DNA of 64,000 bases from Octopus sinensis (taxonomy: Eukaryota), in the NCBI RefSeq assembly GCF_006345805.1, contig NC_043002.1:64108001-64172000 (forward strand), in the 5' to 3' direction. The position numbers and the translations under genes were made by a program. The notes below the pieces were generated by a model, which was given only the letters and a program-made list of their open reading frames with translations, was not told the origin of the DNA and ran no database searches. Below are positions 26,611 through 40,376 of the stretch, in pieces; position 1 is the stretch's first letter; every line of letters starts with the position of its first letter.

Positions 26611-29214
26611 GTCTTAGATTTACGAGACGTATTATGTAAGCATAGCATCAGAGTTGAATGTGATATATGAACCGATAGTGAAGATGTTAATGTCGAAAGT
26701 GACGACAACGACAACGACGGTAATGATGTGGAACGTCAGGATTCTTGTGCAAGAAATATCATGAGCATAACATAGCATGACATTAGTTCAGAAGAGAATT
26801 CGTTTCCGCATTTTATATTTATATAACGCCTAGAGCATTCCATTTCGTGTAGACTGCAGCTGGAAAATTGATGGATATCAAACGGTTTATATACCACGTT
26901 AGATCTAACCAGATGGTAGTTAATTTGCAAAGGAAAATAATATAAAAATATCTGAATGCTTCTTATCAATTAGAAAATATTTATTTTTATGTTTATTCAG
27001 TGATCAACAATATACTCTGCTAGATTAATATGAGGCCTGCGTTGGTTATTTCACTTTTATTAACGGAAGATGAATGTTAACAAACAGTATTAATCCATTC
27101 TTATGATACGTTCATATTATCATTTGTTTTCTTATATATCGTTGCTTTTATACTTGGTAGCTAAACAGCAATCATGTTTTGTAAACTACTCATCATAAAT
27201 CCGTAAGTAAATTAATCTGTGATAAAATAGGAATGCTAAATACCCTAAAGTTAAGACGTGTGGTTTCGTGGCTACAGTCATAAGATTATGTTTTCAATTC
27301 CTTAGCCTCTTTGTGCAAAAACACAGTAGGCAAAAATAAGGAATTCGGTGACGGACTCGCGTACGTATATTCCCAATCCAGGAAACCGGGCTTATGAGCA
27401 TGTGGTTCTCGAATGATTTTGGGATCTTTTGAAATATGAGCAGAAATAGAAAATTAAATATGCAGAAAGCTTAGATTGTGTAGATAAATGAAGCAGGTTG
27501 TGACCAAATTGGGAAACGAGTAAACAAAATATCATAGAATCACAAATAATAGTTTCAAACCTTTGGAAAAGAATTTGCTGTTTTTTGAGAGGAGGAGGAA
27601 ACCTATAACAACGGCACTAGCTCTTGACTATTTCTTATTATATCAGTCCCGACAGGACGAAAGGGAAAATCGACTGGGGTGGAATTCCGTCACAGATCGA
27701 ACACGCAAACATGGTTGCTCGGGTAAAATAATAAACTCAGGAAATCTCTGTTCAAATCCACTGCTGGCATTTCGTTTTGTGCCTAAGAAGAATAGTATAT
27801 TTTTAATATAGAGCAATCTAGCTAACGAGTTGAAATATATAACAAATCATCTGTAAATAGACAACTTCATATCAGACCATATCCAATCATATTATCCCCT
27901 CATAAAATGGGAAACAAGCCCCATTGAGTTCTGCCTAAAGGCAGTATATATGTGATAGTCTGAAGCAAGAGATACCGCATTAAATTTATTAGGAACGGGC
28001 TATGAAAAGCTCCCCGCATTGTACAAATATTCTCGCTAGTCAAGTGAAAGGGAAATTATCATTGAAGCCTAGATTAAGAGAATAACCTTGCACTTCAGTA
28101 CATTAAAACTAATTTCAATTCGCAACAGAAATTTCATAGTAATTCCCTAAATTTCCTCCGATCATGGCGTCATAAAACTGACAATGTGTGGCAGAAGTAC
28201 TTAGCAAATGGTAAATTACGTTATTTCTCCTCACAAATTAGATTAACTTAAATCCAACTGCGCAACGATTCAAACGATGATAATCAACTTAAATTTTCAG
28301 CGAATTCCCTTAACTGATAAGGCCACGTGAATTTAAAACAATTTAGGGCTATATAGAATGAGGTAAATTAAATATGTTTGCAATCAAACCGACAGGCTAA
28401 ACATTATATCACGCAATAAACAATTCTACTCTAAAATATAATGGTCATCAGGATTTGTAAATTAGCTAAGATATATAATCCTATACAGCATCTGAATAAG
28501 TGGTGTTGAAGGCGATTTTCTGTAATTGCTATAGGGTTCATTGAAATGTATATTTATATTAAATATGCTCTGCTTCACACTGATACACGACGGCAGATAA
28601 TTCCTTCAAAATTCAAACAACGACATCGAAATGAAGCATTTATTAATTATATATTTTCACACGTTCTAGTTCCACCACATTGATATGTGAACGGCTATAT
28701 ATATAAATGTATTTGTTGTCGACTGTTGGTCGTAGGTTGCCCTTCACTATTCAGTTCGACTGTAAAGCAGTTGGTGCCCCCACACCCCCGCACATCAGGC
28801 TGCTGCTCTGCGTCATCTCGCTAAGTACCATGTGATGTACACTGTTGACGATGAGGCTTCCCCTCAGTAGCAGCTTAACATCGTGTCATGTTGCACATCC
28901 TCCGCTTTTAACAAGCCATTGGTCTAGCACTCCTCCGACTTGTTCGTTATCAAAAGTCCTGCTGCCGACGTCTTCATCTTAACCCTGACACGGGAAGCTA
29001 AGCTTTTGCTTGCACTTGTCCAAAATGCCAGTATACAGACAGAAGTAGTGATTTACTTTCCCTTATACAGCCTGCCACACACACACACACACACACACAT
29101 ACCCACATGCACACACACACATATACACAGGCAAATACACATGCAAACACAAAAGCATTCTCACTCACATACACATACACACACAAACATGTATCAATAG
29201 GTATACACACACTT

Positions 29215-29269
<55 letters not shown>

Positions 29270-29271
<2 letters not shown>

Positions 29272-30075
29272 CAAGGTGTTACATGTATTTTATGATTTAT
29301 TTGGGAATTTACTAGAGCAAAGCTAACTTTATTTAATTTTTAAAAATATGCAAGTGTTTGTCAATAAAAGTTTCTACAATATTAATATTTAAACCTCCTT
29401 CATTGTACATGATGGCTGCACAAAATGATCCTTAAACGCTTCGAACATCACTTCAACAATGTCGTCTTTCAGTACAGCAATAATGTTTTTAAATTTTTGA
29501 GTAGATACTGTGCTTGGAAGCCTTAAATGTGATGTTGCATGAGCTGGCCAGTGTTATTAATCAGTCGGATGCCATCACAACAGCTGGAAAATTGGTGGTG
29601 GACATCAAAAATGTCCGCACGTAACCATTTGATATTTATGGATTTTGTTTTATCAAAGAAGAGCCAATGTAACCGTTTGGTAAGGATCGATTGTGTTTTG
29701 CAGACATGTATTGGCATCTCCTATTTGCATGCAAATTGTATCGAATATTGCCGTTTACCACACTTCTCATAATCCAATATGACACATGAAGTCCTTTGGG
29801 AATATACCTTATTGATCTTCGAGAACAGCATCAATAATGTTTCAACAGCTTGGAGGAAATACAGAGGAGAAAATTCGGACACTATAGTGTCCAAATATTG
29901 AGAACAGTATTTCCTTTAAGAGTATTCAAACATTTCCAACAAGGCTCCCAGTTCAATCAGAACTTTCTTCACGAAAGTGCATGAAACATTTACGAACTCT
30001 CAAAATCGCTGTCTGTTGGAAACAACGACTACAAGTCAGTGACGATTTTATGTAAGAATTTCGTCTGGCATTGAG
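29270..30075 (-). mobile_element. Highly degenerate Tc1/mariner-like relic
   Basis: Terminal TACAAGGTG, with traces such as LMLFS (cf. IWFSDE), WLFFDKT (cf. GPFFFDET) and C-terminal ..IMYNEGG. Many indels. Confidence 0.4.
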
Positions 30076-30227
30076 GATGTAGAAGAGTTAGTTGGTTTCA
30101 AGGATTGTAACGTACTAATAAATAAGTGTTCTCAAGCAGCATGTGCAGCATGCGCATATAGTGTATAGATAGGGGTAGAGAAGATACACACACACAAACA
30201 CACACATATATATATATATATATGTTC

Positions 30228-30274
<47 letters not shown>

Positions 30275-30310
30275 CGTGCACGCACACATGCACACATACA
30301 AAGGTATATA

Positions 30311-30806
30311 TCTATAATATAAATCCCGTTCTGTCTGTGTGTGTAAACGAGTATAAAGGCAGTATTTTTCAACTAATTTTCTCCAAACTGGGAAAATATG
30401 CTACTTATGTTTTATGTATGGTCATAGATTCTCACACGTTTTCAAATAATGTGTAATGAGCACCCTGGGGATAGAAAACACCTGATCCTTGGTTCCTTGA
30501 AGAAAGGATGTAACACTTTGTGAAGTAAGTTTCAGAAATTGATTGTCTCCCTTACATCCATTGGTCATAAAAAATTAAAATATTGCATTTTATATTACAT
30601 TCAAATATTTGAAAGTTTTTTAATATTTACTTCTGGTCTTGTAGCGTCATTGAGGTCTACATTTATCTATATCGCTCTATCTGTCTCGCTCTCTATATAT
30701 ATCTCTCTATCTGTTTCTATTTATATATTTATCTAGCTCTCCGTATCTGTCTATATCTTATCTATCTATATACTATTTGTCTAACTAGCTCTCTCTATCT
30801 CTGTTT

Positions 30807-30882
<76 letters not shown>

Positions 30883-31975
30883 ATATATTATATATATATA
30901 TATTACTCTTTCTCTATATTTTTCACTTTAAGTTCAATCGCTATTGTTTCTACTGTAAGTTTTTAATCGCTACATACAAACAACAGCAATAAACTACTGA
31001 CAGAAAGAAGTTCACAATTACTGATGAAAGTAAATTCATAATTTACTGACAGAAGTAGCATCAAAAATTTCATTTAAATCCGTACACTTAGTTAATTACC
31101 CTTAACATTTCTTATTTAATTTTGCAAGTTTTATGTCTTTCAGTAATTAACGGTATTTTTTCTGGTTTCTTCGATACTAACTCTTTGTTTCCCTATGTGA
31201 CAAATTTCACCTCAACCTGTAAAATTCGTTATTTTCCGTAAAAATTTCTTAGTTACTTTCTGCCGGTCGTATCAAAAAATATAATTTCCGTTACCCAGTT
31301 ATTTTCATTGTTTACTATCTTCGGCACCCGTTTATATGTATATAAGTATGCCTAGAAAGGAAGTGTTAAATTTGTCTACAATGTCACGGTCAGCCAAAAG
31401 AATATCTCTGTCCAACGAAAGGGAGACAGCTTCAGAAATGGAAGCATACCAAGAAACGAATGTGCACTTCAAGAGCCAGAGCATCTCAAAGTGGTGAACA
31501 GAGGTGTGCGCGGCCGACAAGGTATAATTAATATACGAATGCAGAACGAAGAGCAGTTTTAACAGCTCGGAAAGCAACTTCTATGAAGCAACTTTCAATT
31601 ATGTTCCAGCAGTTCATTACATAGATGACACTAGAGTTTCTATTGGTGCAATGACAAATGAGTGTATACATTTTAAAGCAAGCATGTGACCCGAAAGACA
31701 TTTGCACTGTGCTGCAGTGGTGGAAAGGTTAAACTTCCTGCAATCCACCAACCTCCAAAGCCATTAAAGAAGCTGTTGTCGCCAACTAACTAAGAATCCA
31801 AGCATTTCCAAAACAAGATTAGACAATACAACGCAGCACTGGAGAAGACATCATTTGGAGCAACAAGAGATTTAACTGAGCCAGGATTCGTGCAAACTTT
31901 CGAGATACAATGTAAGCTCTGTCATCGGATTGGTTCTCTAATATCTCTGTCAAATTAATCACCAAAATCGGCCTG
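30311..31975 (+). mobile_element. Autonomous Helitron relic (5' end plus RepHel N-terminus)
   Basis: 5' A|TCTATAATATAAATCC. Decayed coding region from 31348: IGAMTNECIH, CCSGGKVKLPAIHQPPKPLKKLL, KIRQYNAA...TSFGA, CHRIGSL. These are typical Helitron RepHel N-terminal motifs. Confidence 0.85.
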
Positions 31976-32241
31976 TCATTCTTTATAATCTGTACCTGTT
32001 TTTCGATTACTAAATAAGCTAGACAAAACGTAATTTTGGATTACGTGTATTTATTTCGTATACATATATAAGTTGAAAATTTCTTTTAAAATTTCACTTA
32101 ACGTCTATGTTCCAGAGTGTCATGGGCTGGGGAGTTATTAATGTACAAACTTGGTATCTCAGCTACTTGCAGTTAAGATTGCGTTTTTAAATTTCATTAT
32201 TCTCTTTAACTTCGTCAACTGGGGGTATGTCTGCTAGAATT

Positions 32242-32297
<56 letters not shown>

Positions 32298-32435
32298 CAT
32301 ATTACATGTACATCTATATATATTCATCTACACATAAAATACAAAATACGAAGTTATATCTTGATATCGCTAGTGATAACAATACTCAGAATATATAACA
32401 TACTGGAATTGTTAGCCCGTCTCTTGTAATATATA

Positions 32436-34034
32436 TATATATAGAAAATAGTAAAAAGTGAAAAAACTACAGAAGGCTTGTTTTAAAAGGTTAAAAAATA
32501 TATATTTGAGTCAATATGTCTGAAGAATGTTATAAATTTGTTTCCAATGACATAGTTTAGAAGAAATGACCGGTTTCGCGTTCAGCTTTTCAAATTTCTT
32601 ACATCGTTATGTTTATGTTGAGAAGAGTTCTAGATAAGGGGATGTAATAAGTGATTTCTTCCGGTGTAAGGGAGTAATCGCTTAAAACTTTTTGCCTTTC
32701 CTTTGGAGTGAATTTCTCTGTATAAGTATGTTGGAATGGTTAAGTCTGGGCATGTACTTTTCAATGAAGAATGTTTCCTTGTTTATTCTAATTTGTGTTG
32801 GTGTTCCGATAGCACATTGGTAAAATGGAAAGATTAAAATTTGTGGTAGTAGTTGCTTTGCGCATTTCTCAATGTGCTCACTAAAGGGTATCATTCTGTA
32901 TTCTGGGAATGCAATCTGTTGTCGATGCAGTGTGCATCTACGTCTGAGTGATAGTCATGTGGATCCCACGTAGTCTTGGTGGCAGCCCGAACAAATTAGA
33001 TTTGATCTTGAATTTCTGTCCCTCTTTGAAGAAGAATTCTGATCCTTCTAGCAGGTTTGGACATGTTGCACAGTTCGGTCTGCCACATATTTTTACTTTT
33101 GCATCCGTAATTTCAGAAAGCAATTTTGCCTTTGTGAGAATCTTTTTAAGTGATTTAGGTTGTTTGTAGCTTTTAATGATTTGGTGTATGTTTAGAATTT
33201 CCTTTAATTTGGAGTCCTTATGAGGTATTGGTAAATTCTGGGTGATGATGGTGAAGGCGTCTTTGTTTCTGGGGTTGTATGTGGATATGTAAGGTAGTAT
33301 TTTCGGGGAAGGTGTGTTGTTGTGTTGAACTTTTCTTAAAGTTTCTATGTTGATTTCTGTTGCACGTCTGATCCCATCCTCTATGAGTTGAGCTGGGTAA
33401 TATCTGTCAATTAGGGTGTTTTTGAGTTCTTGCAGTCTAAAGTTCCTGGTATTTTGTTCTGACACTATTGTGCATATCCTTCTTGCAAGGTTGAAGGGGA
33501 TGTTTGTTTTAGTGTGTCTTGGGTGGCATGAATTAAAAAGAAGGTATTGTTTGGCGTCTGTGGCTTTGTAAAAGATGTCTGTTTCTATTTTAAGGTTAAT
33601 TTTTTTAATTAGTATATCCAAGAATGGGAGCTCCTTTTGGTTGTATTCCATTGTGAACTGTATATTTGGGTTTATGCTGTTCAATAGGTTTTCAAATTTT
33701 AGGTATTTATCTGTGTTTTCATTCCAGAGTATAAAACAATCGTCCAGGAATCGTTTCCAATTCTCTTTTATGTATTGAGAGAGGGGGTTTCCAAAGATTG
33801 ATAAAGATTCCTGGTAAATGATTATTTCCATGTAGCCCATTGTTAGGTTCGCAATGATTGGTGCTGCCCTTGTACCCATAGCAATTCCGGATTTTTGACG
33901 GTAAAATGTATTGTCAAACATGAAGTGGTTATGATGTAGGATGAATTCAATTGATTTAGTAATGAATTCTTTACTGATCCTTTTTGGTATTTCTTCCGGA
34001 AATTGGTCCAGCCAGAACTGTATTGCTTCTAGTC
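32436..34034 (-). mobile_element. Penelope-like retroelement (RT 3' part, GIY-YIG remnant, pLTR), 5'-truncated
   Basis: ORF 33921-32938: GIAMGT..APIIANL, WKRFLDD, ELPFLDI, YLLFNSCHP, CGRPNCATC. After a frameshift come YVGST..LRRRCTLH and ETFFIEKYMPRLN. The GIY half-motif is deleted. Confidence 0.92.
32561..32601 (-). ncRNA. Minimal hammerhead motif in the PLE pLTR (U3-A8 variant, GUC site)
   Basis: Reverse complement AAGAAAT-TTGAAAA(A)-GC TGAAC GC-GAAA-CCGG-TC-ATTTCTT. Perfect 7-bp stem I and palindromic stem III (ACCGGT). Stem II is only 2 bp. Confidence 0.6.
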
Positions 34035-35429
34035 TATAACAGCGATAATCTGCCCAATTTTCAATAAAGGGAGCCGCGAAGACCCGTTTAACTACCGACC
34101 GGTTTCCCTTACATCAATAATCAGCAAGATGTTCGAAACCATCCTTAAGAAAAGTATGATGCTCCACCTCCAAAACACAGCCTCCATCTCTGATTCCCAA
34201 CACAGCTTCGTGCCGAAGAGACCATGCTTGACCAACTTACTGGTAATGAAGGAATTGGTGACGCGCATCCTCGATGATAGTGATGCTGTTGGAATCGTTT
34301 TATTGGACTTTGCCAAAGCTTTTGACTCGGTAAACCACCGCCTATTACTTGTCAAGCTTCAAGCATATAGTTTCCATCTGGATATTGTACGATGGGTTGG
34401 TGCCTTCCTCTCAGATCGCTCCTTCCAACTCCAAGTTAATGGTTCGCGGTCCGACGTCTCCAGTGCGAGCAGTGGCGTGCCTCAAGGTTCAGTGCTTGGG
34501 CCCTTATTGTTCTTAGTCTTCATAAATGGCTTGCCCGACGACCTCACGCAACACACCCTTCTATTTGCCGACGATGTGAAACTGGTCGCTCCTCGCGGTG
34601 ATATAGAGGATCTTCGTCGATGCCTCCACCAAATTTGGAGGTGGTCTAACGAATGGGACCTGTGTCTGAACGTGTCAAAGTGCTGTCATCTGCCTGTTGG
34701 CTCTCCTCCTGCAACTCAACTTGATTTCGAGCCGGGTCGTCTGCTGCTGGAGAGGACCGATCAGGTAAAGGACCTGGGTATCTTGGTGGATTCCTCCTTT
34801 TCGCCTTCGGCCCAGTGCGTCCGTGATGCCAACAAAGCACGCGGAATTCTGTTCTTGATTCGACGGTCATTCGGAATGCTCACAGCAGCCATATTCCTAC
34901 CACTCTATGTCACGCTGGTGAGACCCATATTGGAATACGGGATTCAAGCCTCTTCTCCTTATCTCCTCAAAGACATACAGCATCTCGAAAGAGGCTACCC
35001 GCATGGTTCATGGTCTCAAAAATTTGTCCTATGAAGAAAGGCTGAGGACGCTCGACCTTTATTCTCTATAACAACGCCGCCGCCGTGGTGATCTCATTCT
35101 CGCCCACAGCATCATAAGCGGAAAGTGTAACCTCTTGAAAGAGCTGTTCTTCACTCCTGCTCCAGAGCGTCGGCTGCGGGGTCATTCCGAAAAGCTCTAC
35201 CTGCGACGATTTCATCTCAATCGAAGGAGAGGAGCTTTCTCCGTCCGGGTTGCGGATCCGTGGAACAAGCTGCCAGACGAGATGGTGAAGATGCCGACAA
35301 CCGCTTTGTTCAAAGCCTCCCTTGACCTCAAGTGGCCTGAACTCTTTACATGAACACCACCCTGTACTTAACTCCATGTCCCCCTACATGGCCTTGCTAT
35401 TTGCTTTTGAGCCAAATTAACTAACTAAC
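34035..35429 (+). mobile_element. CR1-clade LINE 3' fragment (RT to (TAAC)n tail)
   Basis: NYRPVSLT, DFAKAFDSVNH, GVPQGSVLGPLLF, LFADD, VKDLGI, LVRPILEY. One frameshift near 35000. Tail AATTAACTAACTAAC. Confidence 0.95.
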
Positions 35430-35439
35430 ATGAGGTATA

Positions 35440-35704
35440 CCAATTTCTGGAAGAAATTCCAAAAAGAATCAGTAAAGAATTCATTACTAAATCAATTGAA
35501 TTCATCCTACATAATAACCACTTCATGTTTGACAATACATTTTACCGTCAAAAATCCGGAATTGCTATGGGTACAAGGGCAGCACTATTCATTGCGAAAA
35601 AAGATTTATAACATTCTTCAGACATATTGACTCAAATATATGTTTTTTACCCTTTTAAAACAAGCCTTCTGTAGTTTTTTTCACTTTTTACTATTTTCTA
35701 TATA
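35440..35704 (+). mobile_element. Inverted, internally deleted second copy of the PLE at 32436-34034
   Basis: 35440-35585 is the reverse complement of ~33860-34006. 35604-35704 is the reverse complement of ~32436-32540. A few substitutions. Confidence 0.9.
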
Positions 35705-35705
35705 T

Positions 35706-36045
35706 TCAACCACGTGCTTTCACAAACCAACTTTCTCATCTATATATATATATATATATATACTTGCCTGGTACCTTAGGCAAGTGTCTTCTACTACAAC
35801 CTCGGGCCAACTAAAACCTTGTGTATGTGTGTATGCATGTGTATGTTTGTGTGTCTGTGTTTGTCCCCTTAACATCGCTTGACAAACGATAGTGGTGTGT
35901 TTACATCCTTGTAACCCAGCGGTTTGGCAAAACTGCCCGATAGAATAAATACTAGGTTTACAAAGAATAATCCTGGTGTCGATTTTCTCGACTAAAGGCA
36001 GTGCTCCAGCTTCGCCACAGTCAAATGACTAAAACAAGTAACAGA
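35706..36045 (+). mobile_element. SINE family A, diverged
   Basis: GGTACCTTAGGCAAGTGTCTTCTACT... and tail CAGTCAAATGACTAAAAC. Confidence 0.85.
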
Positions 36046-36619
36046 TTAAACGAGTGTATTTATATATTTTTTTTTTTTCTTGGAAAAGGAAGCCTGGCAT
36101 TCGATCATATAATAATATAAGTGATGTATAAATATATGCATATGTATATATATACATATATGTATATACTTACAAATATATGTATATTTACATGCACATA
36201 TGGGTACAGTACAGCAAAAACACTTTGAACAATGAGAAACAAAAACATAAAAACAAAAACATAGAAACGACCTTTTTTGAAACAGCGAAAAAATCAGTGT
36301 ACAAGACATACAAAGAATATTCCCCTTCTTCAGTTGTCCCTGTTTCATCTACTCACCGTTTCGAAGGTGAGTACAAGGCGCGACTTCGTTCAAGCAGTCC
36401 TTCCCGCAAAGCAATTAAATAAAATTTGGGAATATTGTGGAGGGTGAAAGTGGTAACAAGAACAGGATAGTGAGAACACAATAGTAAAAACAATAAAAAA
36501 GTAAAAGCAGTAAAAGAGAGAACAAGGAGAACAAAACAGGAAAAAACAAACGATAAGGGCTGCTAAGACAAGACGTTGGAGCAATTATTCTGAACGCTTA
36601 AGGAGACGATTTTAGGAAG

Positions 36620-36900
36620 AGACAGGATAAACCCATTTAGTCTTTGTAAAGGTAGTAGTCGGAAAGATGGATACCCTCTGATCACGTGTCAGCGACGAGA
36701 GAGTTGAGGAGGAGTGAGAGAGACGGATCGGTGAAGGGGAGAGGAGAAGAATAGGGAAGGGTGAGAGAGAAAACCACAAAGGATGAAGAACAAGAGTGGG
36801 AGAGAGATAGACAGAGAAGCGATAGTAAACAGGAAGAGTGCGCATCGTAATTATTAAGATAAAACTTACTTGCAAAAAGAATGTGTGGCGTTCGACCATA
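36620..36900 (-). repeat. Interspersed repeat shared with 3860-4030 (CT-rich, CTCTCGT(C/T)GCTGACACGTGA(T/C)CAGAGG)
   Basis: The same 27-nt core and pyrimidine-rich flank occur on opposite strands. The family is unclassified, possibly a PLE UTR. Confidence 0.6.
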
Positions 36901-36986
36901 TAATAATATAAATAATATATAAATATATGAATATATACATACATATATGTATATATACATGCATATATAGGTACAGATCATCAAAA

Positions 36987-37056
<70 letters not shown>

Positions 37057-37060
37057 ATAT

Positions 37061-37153
37061 CAACAATTGAGGGTAAAATTAATTAATCAATTTCACCAAG
37101 TGTTCAGTATGTAAAAGGACCATTGTGGCAAAGTAATTTATTTTACTAAGCCC
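37061..37153. mobile_element. Short PLE-terminal remnant with an internal inversion (same family as 50448-51448)
   Basis: CAACAATTGAGGGTAAAATT...GGACCATT is followed by the inverted piece GGCAAAGTAATTTATTTTACTAAGCCC. Confidence 0.8.
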
Positions 37154-37944
37154 TAATTATATAATATATATATATATATATATATACACACAGGTGGCTT
37201 AACTGACACCTATACAGTTATATAGGCAGATAAATATAGGTGTGTTCGCGTGCGTGCGTATGAATATGCCTGTTTGATGTATGCGTCTGCGGTTAGTCTA
37301 CAATTCAATGGAATGGGCAGTATTTATGCATTAGATACATGGTAATACTTCCTATGTGAGAATTTGCTTGTCTATGAAAATGCGCAATTTGCCATTTCAG
37401 CTACAAGAGAAGAAAACGATGTATAGAATCCCAGGCAAAAGACAATGCGGCAACCGTGTTCACACAAATAGACACACATATAACTTGCATATATAATTCT
37501 ATATGACGATATCACCATCTAAGTAGGGTGTGACGGACAATGTGTGATGCAAAATGGTATGTGTAGTCATTTCAAGTGAGAGCGTATATGTATAGATGCA
37601 AAAATATATAAACACATACTAACGGACATATATGTATTTATGTCTGCGTGTGTGAATGTGTGTGTTTAAATGTATACCTGTGTATGCCTGTACATATACG
37701 TACGCACAGATACATACACATATGTACATTAGTATACATTCACACAGACGTAGACACACTCACACACACATATATATGTATATATGCATATACATATATA
37801 TATATAAATGTATATATATGTGTGTGAGTGTGTGTGTGTGTATACACATATATACACGGGCGCTGTAGTATATATATTTATATATATATGTGTGTGCGTA
37901 TGTATATATATATGCACATATGTATATATATATATATATGCATA

Positions 37945-38013
<69 letters not shown>

Positions 38014-38408
38014 CATTTAGTGTGTGTGTATATATATATACACACACACTAAAATATGTTTAAGGAAATTCACATGAAACCTGTACAATTGTATCAACGT
38101 TCGTTTAATTTGGTACACGTTTTATTTATTTATGTTTTAAGCCTATATTTTTTTTCTTCAAGTAAAATCAATTTGAATAAGAAAGAATTACGGGAAACAG
38201 TACAAGCAATTTAACACCATTGTTCTATGAAAGTTGCTTTTAGTTGGAAGAGGTGTGGCTGAAAATAGGTCTACAATGTATTGTGTGAATTTGAATGGAA
38301 GATTCACCTTTTAAGGAAACGTAAATATGTCTACTTGAATGTCTAACTTTATAGCTATTAATTTCTCAACCTAGATGTGTATGAATGAGAGCACGCATGT
38401 AACATTGT

Positions 38409-38529
<121 letters not shown>

Positions 38530-39164
38530 GCGTGTATGTATATATACATATGTTTATACAAATATGAATATATATATATATATATGTGTGTTTAAATATA
38601 TGCAGCTCTCAATCTATCTAGCTATCTATGTACCTACCTGTCAATATATATATATTTATATATACATACTTATTCTATATAAATATACATGTATATATAC
38701 ATATATACATATATATTATATATATATATATATACATATATAATACACACACACGCACGCACATATATATATATATACATACATACGTACATACATATGC
38801 ATACATACATAACTTAAATGTAGCTACCAGATGAAATGTAAGTGTGAGAATCAAGTAGAATATATTTATAAGTTAAAGAGAGTTATTCCCTTTCTATGTA
38901 TTCTCATGGCGTAGAAAACGTTGTATAATGATGTACATGACTACCTGACTACGCGAACAATTTCGGAATGACAGTTGAAGAAAATTAAAGGGATGCTGTT
39001 CTATTACTTAGATAATGTCAGACCACGTCGGGGAAATTACAAGTGAATGTGTAGAATGTGACTCTACGCTAAAAGAAAATTGGAAGCCTATATGACGAAG
39101 TTGTATATGACATCGGTATTTTTCAGGATGAGTTATATGTTAAGGAAATTGGAATTTGTGTATA

Positions 39165-39385
39165 TGCAGTGGTGGGAGTGCTGAAAAGTTCCTGCTTTTA
39201 AAGGTATAGAGAGATGCTTGGTGGGAGGCCCAAAGTTCGTAGTTGTTCACAGGGGTTAGAAAAGATAAAGGATTTTTGTAATAAGTGTTCGAATCTGAGT
39301 GTGTGATATGTTGACTAAAATAATTAACTGATCCTCTTGTATTTGCTTTTAACCATAGCCAGGGTCTTTTCAGCATCTGTCCTAT
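39165..39385. mobile_element. Mariner-derived MITE
   Basis: Imperfect TIRs GTGCTGAAAAGTTCCTG / CAGGGTCTTTTCAGCATC, ~220 bp, non-coding. Confidence 0.65.
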
Positions 39386-39403
39386 ATACATACATACATA
39401 CAC

Positions 39404-39439
<36 letters not shown>

Positions 39440-40289
39440 GATATAAAATACACGTGGAAATATAAGGGTAAAATATGAAAAATCAACGAAAATGCATATT
39501 GCAGATAGAAAAAGGCTATTTATGACAGGTAGTGACAAATATATACATTTAGATTGACTGAGGTAGTAATACGAGTCATAAAGATCATTATTATGTGATG
39601 ATTATAAGAAGTTAATAATAATAATAAAGTAAGAGACCGAAACGAACCAATTAGTTTGCGCGTGGGCTATATATGGGGAGAGGGAGAGGGGGGCAATTAT
39701 GCGGATAAACTATATTAAATTCGTCAAATACAAAATAGGTATTACATGCAAAACCAGAGAAATCAAACAGTGGGAACTTTCAGATGATGAATGTTTATGT
39801 ATAAATATGTAGATATTTATATTAATATTTCTAAGTGACAAGAATACAAACGATAGAGAAAATTTAAGTGGTGGAAGAACGGTTCAAACACTTTCATGGA
39901 GCTCGGTGATCCTTTATAATTTTGGTAGATTTAGTTCATCACAATATGCGGCCTTATGGACGCAATTACCATTGGATGAGACGAGCGTCCGTCGAGCAAA
40001 CCTGAGTATAATCAGGCCGAAATCGTGAAGATAATCTGGAACTCGACTGAGGAAAAAACTTCGAACGGCCTGTCATTGTTTTCTTTGTATCGTCAATATG
40101 GATGTTTTATAACACCTAAGTGTCCGGATGTTTTGCGTTGTTGTCCAATTTTGTACTTATATATATATATATAAAGTGTAGCAAAAAAACTTTAGAAAAA
40201 TTTATTTGCTACCAGTGGTCTACTCATAGAGAAATACAGTCTACATTTAAACACTGGCTTCCTGCTGAAGTGTACATTTAAAAATTGGG

Positions 40290-40376
40290 TTTCTGCTGAA
40301 GATGGCAACGCCAGTTGTAAATTTAAATTCATTTTTTATTTGCTAAAGATTGCCGAAACTATGCATAGTCTAGGAA
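40290..40376 (+). ncRNA. Type I hammerhead ribozyme motif (C3-G8 core, GUC site)
   Basis: CTGAAGA 40296-40302 plus an extra T. Stem II GGCAA/TTGCC. GAAA 40355-40358. Stem III ACTA-TGCA-TAGT (12-nt palindrome). GTC ends at 40370. Stem I TTTCTG/TAGGAA (6 bp, 2 G-U). Confidence 0.75.
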
